Of a stretch of DNA of 64,000 bases, positions 13,670-24,400 are shown in pieces (positions within the stretch are counted from its first letter, which is position 1; the number at the start of each line of letters is the position of its first letter). A program made the position numbers and the translations under genes. The stretch spans positions 8,620,001 through 8,684,000 of the forward strand of contig NC_087438.1 in NCBI RefSeq assembly GCF_036321535.1. Reading direction: 5' to 3'. This DNA is from Camelus dromedarius (Eukaryota). Under the pieces are notes generated by a model, which was not told the origin of the DNA, searched no databases, and was given only the letters and a program-made list of their open reading frames with translations.

Positions 13670-14053
13670 TGTGGAATGTAACTGGCCAAAGGCCCATCAG
13701 CTGCTCTCTGAGATCCACAATGCCCTTACTCTGAGGCCACACCCCTCACCAGCAGCTTCTCCTGGCCATTGGCCAAGCCTGAAAGAAATACCGAAGGCTG
13801 TGGCTTCAAGACTTGAGCACTCCCCTTGGCTTTATAGAAATTTTCTTAGAACTGCACTCCCGGCCGCATTCTCAGTTCTCTGTCTCCTCCTCCATCCCTT
13901 CCTTCCTTTCTTCCCAGGGGCCAGCCCAGCATCACTGAGAGCTCTCCCAACCCTCCCCAGCTCCCTTCCCATGTTCCTGTATGGATTCCACCTCTAGTAA
14001 ATCTCTTTCATGTCTGAATCCATTTTGCTTCTCAGAGGACCTGGATCAACTCA
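13670..14053 (+). mobile_element. Old ERVL-type LTR (LTR16/LTR33-like)
   Basis: 3' end ctctagtaaatctctttcatgtctgaatcc...tgcttctcagaggacctg...ctca resembles LTR16/33 termini. Confidence 0.55.
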
Positions 14054-14075
14054 GGGCATAAAATAATGCCAGGCC

Positions 14076-14411
14076 TGTGGTACACACTCTGCATGTTGGA
14101 GAGACTCAAAGTCAGTGGTGGGGAGAGGGAATGGAAGTCTTTGGGTGAGCTCTGATTGGAGACATAGGCACGGAGAGGCTGGAGGTGAGCCGGCTAGAAG
14201 GACCTGGCCTGACTTGAAGGTGCTGAGAGAACACAGGGAAGCTGGCAGGGGCTGAACAAGTCCTTACTGCTCTGGGCTGACTGCTTCAGATGCTGTGGTT
14301 TGGCTTCCTGGGCTGGCAGCTACAGAACCTGTGGGTCAGAGCTCCACTGTTACATATGGCCTAGTCGTTGTCTCTTTGTATATGCATACACCCATTTGTA
14401 TATTCAAATCT
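14076..14411 (-). mobile_element. 3' LTR of ERV1 provirus (MER67-like)
   Basis: On minus it follows a purine-rich PPT-like aaaatgggga and is collinear with the LTR at 17139-17509 (aatatacaaa...ctgac.cac...caggaagcca...ctgccagctt...tttgagtctc). Lower boundary approximate. Confidence 0.7.
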
Positions 14412-14559
14412 AATCCCCATTTTGGTTGCCCTCTTGTCTGTGGGAAGTTGACTAGGTCAGGGAGCCACAAGATCTAGCTCTGTACTGCTTGGGGGTTGTG
14501 ATAATTCTCCTTAGTCAACTGTACTTTGAGATCTTCTTGACCTTTTTGTTGTTGTGTCG

Positions 14560-15700
14560 TCATGGAGATCGTCTGGCAAGAGAGCAACTTCATAAAAGAA
14601 TCAAAGATTCTGGAATAGAATGCATCAGACCACCATCAGGACCATCATGACAAAAGCAGGAGAATAAACAACATTCCCTGTGAGATGCTTTGGAACCATC
14701 AACCCCAGTCGCCCAATTCAGGCCAAGAGAGCAAATCCCATACAGCATGAGGATCAGCCTCAGAGAGCCAGGTAATTTTTTTTCCCTTAAGGCATTGTGT
14801 AGCCCATCATACCTCATCCATTTCACTGATCCAAATACAACACAAAGTCTTAGCGATGGCACAGACACCACCCTGACTCGCCAACAAGAAATCTAGAGCA
14901 ATTATCTATCATGACTTTTGCCAAGTTGAGACTGATCTAGATTCCATTTATGACAAAAGGGTTATCATTAATAATATTTGTCAAAGGTAGTGAAGAGTTT
15001 ATTACAGTCTTTTCTGTTTGTATAATTCCCCTCCACTGGGAACACCGCCCTGATTGTTCACGTAAACAATGAGTCAGTATTTCTCCCCGGTAGATTGCCT
15101 GCGTAATCAAGAATGCCCTTGTTTTGAAGCTCATGTCTGGTTTGGAATCGCCTGCCTTGATTATTTATGGGATTAGTGTCTCTGTGTACAGAGAAGTTTT
15201 GAAATACCACCTTAAAGTGAGGGAGGCTTCGGTGTGAGACAAGCAGGTCCAGGTATCTTGACCACAAAGGAAGTCATATCTGGTAGCAGCACATGGTGAT
15301 CTGGGAGAACAGATGTTTATTACAGCAGGTTCAAACCATGACTTTAAATAATCTGGGTTACATATTTGGATCCCTAGCAGTATCTTCTCGGTAGCAAGGA
15401 GTTAGCTTATTGTCCTACAAAGGTTGCTGAATTCAAATTTAGAATTACCTAAGGTCTAACAAACAGATTGTAATAATTGGCTCTTTTTCTGGTTATGGGT
15501 GGATTTGTTTAAGTAAGGTCATTTGCCCCTGGAGCTGCAGGTGGAAATACCATCAGCTGTAGTTTTGTAAGGTTTCGTTTGATGAGACCAGAACTGCCCA
15601 GAGGGGAGGTACCGTGGGAGTCTGGTGACGGGTGGCTCCCCAGCAGTCTGTGAGACTGAAGGCAGTGGGTCTCTGAGAATCCTTGGCATGGGATCCCCCT
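14560..15700 (-). pseudogene. env: Degraded gamma-type ERV env (SU remnant + TM)
   Basis: Minus-strand translation gives LTDCW (15654-15640; CWxC), PCAATRYDFLCG, RRFQTRH (15153-15133; furin remnant), IRAVF..GIIQTEK, IALDFLLASQGGVCAIAKTLCC (14902-14837; ISD + CX6CC) and WDLLSW..LGDWG.WFQSISQGMLFILLLL (MPER/TM). Several stops and frameshifts. Confidence 0.92.
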
Positions 15701-15744
15701 TGGAATCGTCTTCAAATTGTGTGGAAATCTGAATTGATTCTTTC

Positions 15745-17138
15745 ACTGTGAAATGTGAACCTAAGGATCGACTCTTTAGAATTTCACTGCTGTATATGTT
15801 GTGGACAGTACCCGATAAGATACAGTCAGGAAAAGCACATTCAAATCCCCTGGAGAGTAGAAGGTGAATAAAATCCGCCTGATGGTGTTTAAAGGTCCCT
15901 TTCAATGTAGTTCAAGTTGTGCCTTCTGATACACAGAATCTTCTGGTTGAATATTATGGAGAGACTGTTCAGGAAGATGTCATGGGAAGGTGACCCTAAC
16001 CTGTTGGTGATAGGGCTGGATAGAGCATGTGAGTCCCTTGGATCATTTTAAGAAGTCTTCATGCAGCAGGGAAGTAAGAAGGTGAGATTCCTAAAGGCAT
16101 CAGTCTTCCAGCTACTGGTTCACAAGAAGATAACAGATGCGGCGCTAAGGGAGTGAACCACATGGCTGTGAAGGCCAGGGGGCATTCCCGGAAGAGGGAG
16201 CTCAAGGGTTTCTGAAAGCTTTGCTAATTCTAATGTAAGGATGTCCTTGGTTCCTTCAACCTTCCCATAAGATTGTAGGTAATAACAGCACTGTAGTATT
16301 TGAGTAAGTGTTCATTAAAAACGTTAAGAGTTTTAAAAAATAACAGGTCCTGTAAAGTGCGTGTCTCGGTCCCTTCATAAAAAAGTTGGAAGCAAAATCA
16401 AGCAGCTTTTTAGCAACTGTAATTGCTGTAGATCTTCAGAAACGAAAACTTTCAGCCCCATCCTGAAAATAGATACATAATTACTAAACATATTCAAATC
16501 CCATGAAGAATGGACCCTGAATAAAAATCCATCTCACTGTGTTCAAAGGGACTTTAGAATCTTCGGCTGTGGGTGACCTATACAGTTATGTTGTTGACAT
16601 ATGCCATGAAAATACGTCAGCTGTCTTTTTAAATTTTCTCCATGAAGGTTGATTTAAGATAAGCAGTCAGTCTGTCTGTGTCATCGTGAGTATTTTCATG
16701 GAGTATTTAGCTAGCCTCCAGTTAAAATCATCTGGTACCACCAAGGGTCTATCTTGGGAGAGCCAGAGATGATCTGAATGCAGGGCATAACCAAATGGTT
16801 TCACTCTTTTTTCATAATCAGAAACTAAACACTGTGTTTTATAATGGCCTTTTTGAATCCCTCTGGAGATTTATCCTTTGAGGCTTTAGATAGACTTGTA
16901 ACTGGTCAGGAAGACTACCTGTTTGGCTGGAGAATTTCTTTTAGTTTCCATACTATCTTTTCACATGGGCTTAAAGCTTCATAATAGCCATCTCTCTAGA
17001 AGCAAGGGTACACCTAAAGGTTTCTTAACTTGTGGTCTTATTTTCTTTTCGGTGGGTGTTCCAGTTAATGAGAAAATGTTTTGTTTCCCAAGCACCCCAA
17101 AGTCATGCACTCCTTCAAAAGTACACCTGCTGTCAGTA
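15745..17138 (-). pseudogene. pol: Degraded ERV1 pol: RNase H C-half + integrase, plus duplicated IN core segment
   Basis: Minus-strand peptides in order: TDSRCTFEGVHDFGVLGKQ (RNase H), LHENTH...ICQQHN (HHCC), PFEHSEMDFIQ...GFEYV...FSGW, TAITVAKKLLDF, DRDTHFTG, LQSYGKVEGTKDIL.LELAKLSETLELP, HNIQPEDSVY...KGP (GPY/F), then a second FKHHQADFIHL..SRGFE...GSHFT. Confidence 0.92.
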
Positions 17139-17509
17139 AGGATGTGCGCTCTGAACTGTGGAGACTCAAACAGGAGTGGGGGAGGTTTGTCATGCGAAAG
17201 GAGAAGGCTTCAGATGTGCTTGTAGTGGAGACGGTTGACATGGGGAAGCTGGAGGCAGGGAACTGGAAGTGGGGCATCTCCTGTGATTGGTTTGAAGAAC
17301 GTATGCGACTTTCTTTAGTTGGTCCTGCTTCTTAGCAGGGGCAAAAATGAAAAAAGCTGGCAGTCCTTGGCCATGTCCTGATCTCTCTGGGTCTCAAACC
17401 TGCAGAGGCTGGTGAGTGGCTTCCTGAGCTGCTTGCTGAGAGGTTGTGAGTCAGAATTCTCTTGTCACCCACAGCCTGATCAAAGCTTATTTGTATATTT
17501 AGCCTCTCA
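17139..17509 (-). mobile_element. 5' LTR of ERV1 provirus (MER67-like), 3'-truncated
   Basis: Begins TGAGAGGCTAAATATACAAA on minus and contains ccaatcacagga.atgccccacttc.agtt..ctgcctccagcttccccatg, recalled as MER67-like. Homologous to 14076-14411 and runs straight into RNase H. Confidence 0.75.
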
Positions 17510-18099
17510 GTTCATCATTAGGAGTAATATTATCAATAAGATATTATATTGCAAAGAAAGAAATGTTGTTGCAAAGAAACAAGCAAATATTAGAGCAGAA
17601 AATTAATCTACTTAATCTACTTAAGCACTTAATCTACTCCTCTTAATTTGCCTTATAAAAATGTACATAAAATCCTTGGCAGAGATTCTGGAATGGTTAA
17701 ATATCACAAACATATTGTGAAAGTCTGCCTTTAAATTTTCTTGAAAGTCAATACAGTATGTCCCTGCCATCCATCAGGGCAGCCCAGGGGTAATCATAAC
17801 CTACTATCAATTTCCTTGTAAGACTCACCCTCCTAAGGGAAGGGTGTCTTCAGCCCAGTTTGTCTGTCTTTCTATATATCTTCCCAGAAGTTTCATTAGA
17901 CCATGATTTCACATACTTCTAGGGGGATTTTAAAATTCCTGCTCATGTTTTGTAACAGAATTGTGTGCATGTCTCCTAAAATGTGGATGCGTATCTTACT
18001 AACCTTCATTCTTGAGTGTCCCATCTGAAATTGCCTTCTTTTCCAGGCTAGGTTTCACTTCATGTATGTTTGATTCCTTTTCTCACAAACCTTCCAGTT

Positions 18100-18480
18100 C
18101 TGCAGTTCCCCAAAACGTTGATTCCTACCCCTGCCTCCGATATCTCATCCCCTGTGTCTGCATGGAGCTAAATCTACCTTTAAAATTGATCTTGGCTCTA
18201 TTTCTCTCTCTCTTTTCTTTCACTGACACCTCCCTAATTTAGGTTCTCATTAAATTTCATGTAGCGTAGTGCTCTGTCACATTCTAGCCATTCTCAGTCT
18301 GATTCAACATAACCATTGCTGCCAGCTTAATTTTCCTGAAAGTTGTACCGGACCATTGAATTCTGCTGTTGAAAAACTTCAGATCCCAAACAGCTTAGCC
18401 ATGGGGTTCTCTGCGCTCTCCATCACCATCCTCTGATACTACCCTTTTCCCTGTTTATGAGTTCCTATAACTTAATCGGA
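18100..18480 (+). mobile_element. Highly diverged L2 fragment
   Basis: ccattgctgccagcttaattttcctgaaa...gaccattg...ctgctgttgaaaaacttc is L2-like; boundaries approximate. Confidence 0.45.
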
Positions 18481-21400
18481 GCCTCTCATGTTAATTACTT
18501 CATATTCTCAGCTTTGCATCAAAAACATCTATGTACACGATTGATTTCTTGAATATGTGTGAGCACAGGTGACTGTCCTTTATGACAGGATTACTGCATT
18601 CTGTTGATTCTTATTTTGTAGTTGGCCTTATTCCTTTGATAACTATGTAAGTTTAAAAAGCTAAAGCTCTAAACAGTTCTTAGAAACAATGAACAGTACA
18701 TAGATGGAAATTTTTAAAAATACATGCAGTATGTTATATAGATGTATTTACATGCAATATATTGCATATGTGCAGTCAAATTGTAACAATTATACCTAAC
18801 AAAACTGCAAAATAGAAAAAATAAAAACCAAAAAACAAATCTATATACGTGTCTAAAATTTCACTTTAACAGAAAGTTTGGAGATAGCATATTCAAGTCT
18901 GACACATTTTTCTTTCTTTTTTTTTTTTTTTTTTTACAGAGTTTAGAATAATGACAGCATTTATTAAATAACAAATTGAATAATTGAGTCAACAAACAAA
19001 TATATATGTTGAAATCACAAAAAATGCAATGATAGTGGCCAAATGTAAACTTTGATAAATGCTATGATTGTGGCAAAATTAGATGCTCTAGTGTCATAGT
19101 AGTTAATTTTTACAGTGAACAGTTTGGATTTGAGATGAATCTGGAATGAATTATAGGATTTTCTCCACAGGGATAAGAGCAAACACCATGCTAACAACTG
19201 GGAATATCTTCAGGAAAGGTTTTGACATCAGTTACAGTGAGCATCTTAATCTAGTTTGAAAATAGGGAACCTTGAGTATCATTGTATAAATATCTATTCC
19301 TCCACCCCCACCCCTGCATTTGTTTCCTTCTAAAATATTGAAATGGGTATGGGAAAAAAATGGTGTGGATAATAAATTATAAATTAAGTGGCACAATAAG
19401 TTGAACACGTGATTTAAATTGAAATATTTTGCACTATGATAAACATTAGTAATTAAAGTTGTAAAAAATAGCTTTAACTCTGCCGTGGCAGAAAGAGAAC
19501 AAAACAGGATCTAAGACACACATTTCTTCTCGACCTGATTTCAAGAAGAAACACTGGTTTATGGTGGAAAGTATCGTAAGGAAGAGCTTTGAAGTTATCA
19601 CGTTAGAGACTTTCTGATGAGATCTGTGTTTTACCTCAGCATAAACAAAATACATGTGCAAGATTGGTTCCTTCTTTTTTCTTCTTTAATTTAGTTAAGA
19701 AGGAAATCTTCCAAAGGGTTCTTGAACTAAACCTTGATTAACCAGAATATTCCTTTGTAAAGCAAATGGGAAAGCTTGCTATCACTATGAAGATGAGAGA
19801 ATTTTCAGCCTTCTTAACAAAGCTCGCTTTCTCTCGAATGCTGGGAACCATCATTACCTCCCCCTGTAAAGATTTTGCGCACGGGTAGCCTGGGGAGGGA
19901 TGAGAGCCCATTGGATCAATAATCTGGAGAGGAAGCTCTTGGGTAAAAACAAAATGCATAGCTGTGAGATCTCGGATTGCTTTTCCATCTTGGGAATTTT
20001 TAACCAGTGGAATCACATTCCAGGAAATGTGGAAATGGCTAAGACTCACGTGAATCCAGACAGCATTGACCCAGGTGACTCCATTTGTTTTATGAGAATG
20101 TTTTCTCTTTTCCTAGAGGTCAGAAGTGATTCTAAGCCAGGGAACTTCAAATCATCAAATCATTCTCACCTTTGTCTCAAGGAGGATCAACTAACAGCAT
20201 GATCTTTTTGCCTTTGCCAACTGAAGGATACCATGCTATTTACCACCGTTCACATTCTGGCTTGGGGTACATCCCTCTTAGGATTAATGTCCCCATACTC
20301 TTCCCAAATAGCCTGGGATGGGGGGGTGTACTGGTCTTAGGGATGCCTTTCCACCTTGCCCTGGATCAGAAAATGCAGTGGCGTGAGCTTAACTCGTCCA
20401 GATATCTTTGAGATTACCCCAGAAAGGATAAATGTCAGATGAAGTGCTCCTTTTTTAAATTAAATGTTCCCTGGCTACTCCATCCAGGAGTGATTTAAGT
20501 GTCTATAACTGTCCAGCATGGTTTGCCCTGCTTATAGGATGTTAATCACATTTCACCTTGAAGCCTTTACCTGTCAGACCTTCTCACTAAATCTCATGGT
20601 AGGTAGGGTTCTTCTGCAGCGCCAGCCCCCAGGAGAGCTTTGCATACGGTAAGCAGTCGTTGTGGTTTTTATGCCTGGATCACCAAATCTTAGTTCTTGC
20701 CATTTCTCTCGCAGCTCTAGAGAATACCATTTATACTGACATCATCAGTACATCTTTGGTTATATTTCATGGTGTGTATTTTCAGAATGGAAATTTTACA
20801 TATACAGAATGTTATTAATTTTACATATTTACTTGAACATTCTGAGGCAACCTGCCATGTGTGCTTCCTATTTCATGATTGGCTGTAACTAAGCTGTCTT
20901 TACTATGTGATGGCTATTCCCTTGCAGTTGAAGTGTTGGGAGCACATGTGTTTAAGGAGGTCCAAGATCATGAACAGTCCTCAGGGGGAAAATGGGATAA
21001 TGCACCGATAATTGCTGCTGATTGCGAAAATAGATTTTCACCATTTCCTGAGATAAAAGAGAGTGTTGTTTAATTGCTGTAAATGTGTCCTATCCCTTCG
21101 GGAACTGGATTCAGAAGATAGTGCAGTGTTACACCTGGGAATCTAAATACAGCTTTGGGCTGATTGCTGATTATTATTTTTAGATCTCTGTAACCTCCAG
21201 TCTTAATGTGCTACTCTATGAATACTCTGATAATGCCGTGAAACAATCCCATTAATTCTATTAATGTTGTGCCAGTGTTCGAGAAAGGGGTCAGTGTGTT
21301 TGGTGCACTTAAAATTTTTATTTTAAAGAAAGGTTACACAGTTTGGAAAGCATAAAAAGGAGTTCTCAAATAAATTGAGACAGAAGTTTACTCTAACGGT

Positions 21401-24400
21401 CTTTGCATCTACTATTATACTCAACCTTAATAAAACAACCATGCAACCCATGGACAGCAAATTTGGGAAATGAGCTTCTTGCACAGTGGAGATGTTAAAC
21501 AAAGAAATAATTTTACAGACAGTAACACTGTCTTACAGGTAGCTTAGAACTGAATTTCTTTTCAAGAGAGATAAGTTGTAATTCTGGCTTGAATCTTTCC
21601 TTCAGTTTCTCCCCGTCTTATTTTTTTTTCTCCATCTCTGACATTAGATAATCTACATTTCATTTCAAAGATGATTGTGAAGTGCCTTGAAGCAAAACCA
21701 ATACAAAAGGGAAATAGAATCAAACAAATTATTAAGACTATTCTCACTCATACATATAAACCAATAACAAAATAGCAAATGTTTCACTGGTAGGATACAT
21801 TTGATCATTGAACAATAAAGCAAACCTTGTATTAGAAATTTATTACATTTTAGTCTCCGTAAGTAGCTCTCTGGGTGCAAGTTCAAGTCATTTAGTATCT
21901 CTGTGCTTTAGTTGTCTTATCACTAAAATAATGGTTTTAGATTATTTTGAGGGCAAAACTTAGATCCATGAAACTTTAAGTATGGCGTTTGTATGCAAAC
22001 GTGTATGTTTAATAAAAAAAATCAAAGCTGATAGCAAATAATTTGCTTGGTTATGTCATTTGCTGAAAGGACATTTCTTTAAAAAAAAAAGTCATCCTGC
22101 AATTAAAATAAACAAGTAAAAAATACCCTAAACAACTATCAGAGAATTTTTGTCTTTAGAAGTGAAGAGCATTTTCTGTTTAGGGATTATAATGAAAAAT
22201 GTTAGAAAAGTAATTTCTGAAAAGTAATTCATGTATTTTGCATATGGTTCTGGAACTTTTCCCATTATGTTATTTCCTCTTAACAGAATTAAAAAAAAAA
22301 TTTCCCTGCAAATATTATTAAAGATGAAATTTTAATACTGCTAAAATTCACACTTTCTTACAAAGGAAAAGATCAGTACTTAGATAATTCACTAATCATA
22401 ATCCATTATTTGTGTGAATAGTGTTAATTTTATGAAGAACGGAGTCCAAATAACACAAAATTTACATGTGAAATATGTCATGCTTTTCCACACGGGAGTC
22501 AGAGTTTGCTTTATTTTAGTGATTTCACCTTTGGCATCTAATTCGGTGAGAAAACGGCCTTTACTTATGCTTCTTCCTTTCTTAATAAAGAAGAGTGTAG
22601 AGCGTAGGCCAAATTTCATTGAAGGGAAAGGGGAAAATTGCTGAAAAACTGCCTTGGGACAGAAATGTCAAACACTTGCAAGCCTAACGCTATTTGGTTC
22701 TCAGATTAAATTCTCTCACAGGAAAGCCTGTACAAGAAGTTTTTTTGATAGCTTCCTTCTATTGCCGCTGCTCACAGGAAGGAAACAAATATATAAATCT
22801 CACACCCAAGCTCTCAATAGAAAGATGCTTCACCACCTCCATTTCATTTCATTTCACAAAAAAAGCAGGAGGGAAAACACTAAAAATCTGAGCCTCATAC
22901 TCTTACACGTTGTCCTTTTTTCCCCCCTCCAATGCCTTTTTTTTTTTTGATGCTTCACATTAAAAATACCTCGTGAGAAGAAGATTTTCTAAGATTGGAT
23001 TTGAATACAATTATTGAGAAAATTAACTGTATACTTGAAATGAGGGAGGCTTTTACACTCAAATTCTTGCTCAGACTGGCTTCAAATACATCACTTCCAA
23101 AGAGACCAGAACATTTCTCGTGATAGCATCCTTCAAGAAATCCAAGAATTTAGACTGCTTTTTCACAGAGGAGAATAGATCAATTAACTCATAATCACTG
23201 AAGCAGCATAAGTTTTGGAAAGCAAAAGGAGGCACTCCTTTCTGTGTGTCAAAAAATTGATTCCTCTTTTTGAGTTGTAACAAAGGAACTCTTGACTTTC
23301 AGAGATGCCCGCAGGTCACGAAGAGATTGCCCATCCCAAACAATCAGCCAGTACAGAAGGTGAATTTGAATCTGAATCTGAACACAGCATCATGTATTAA
23401 GACCTGGGGGCGCCATGTCACTTTGTTCCGGAAAGCTAACCCAAGTAAAATTGTAGTTCTCATTTTAGCATGATTTATAGGTATTCTGCTTGATAACTTT
23501 TTACCGTAGTATTCTAGAGATGCTAATTTGTTAAGTTCTGTAATATCATCAAAACATAACATACTCCATGATTTAAAAAATGTGAGTCAGCTTCTCTCCC
23601 CAGAACTCGTCTTTCTCTTTATTTTATAATCTCTCAGCTCATTTATGAGAATCCTATATGTATTTATTTCTATACTGTTGTTATGCAAAAATACTGTCAT
23701 TAAGAAAATAATACCCATCCTTAGCTTTATTGTACCATTTAGTGGGACCAAGGAATAGAATATTGTGTTTTACAATCAAAATTGTTCATGTCTGTGTAAA
23801 TAACGTTATGGATTGAATATTTTATTTTTGAAAATTTCCAGAGCTATTTGAACATAATTCTGCACAGACATGAGAAGATTAATGAACGGTCCATAAAATA
23901 ATTAGATCACTGAGACAAACCACCATTTTTTAAGACAGGCAAATAAAGATTTTTCTTCATATTCCTCATATGAAGATTCATGAAAGATTCTTCACAAGAT
24001 TCTTGGAGATCGAAGACTGAAAAAACTTCACAAGATTTATTTTCTTCGAAATCACCTATGTATATAATACTCCACCACCTTTTAATATATCTTTCACCTC
24101 ATTGTAATTGTTTTGAATGAATATTCTAGAAACCTGCATGCTTCCCTTTGAATGAGTTCCATGTCGTTTCGATGTTTGCACACCATGGCCAACTCCAGTG
24201 GATTGCATTACACAATGGGGAGCGGGGGTGTGTGTTACCATTTTGAGATTTCTGAGATATGAATGTTCTGAATTTTAAGATTTATGGTTCATAAAAATAT
24301 CTTAGAATATTTTCTTTTCACTGTCATAAAAAAGTCACATGTAACAAACAGAATAGAATATAACATAAGTATCATCTTATCTCAAAAGAATATTTTCATT

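Noticed and set aside
14560..15700. Domesticated syncytin-like env gene
   Set aside because: Multiple stops and frameshifts and a shortened SU; no intact ORF.
17046..17068. Apparent tRNA-Gln PBS (TGGAACACCCACCGA) and a gttaa/gttca TSD making a solo LTR at 17069-17509
   Set aside because: This sequence reads in frame as RNase H (LTGTPT, cf. TGTPI), so the matches are coincidental.
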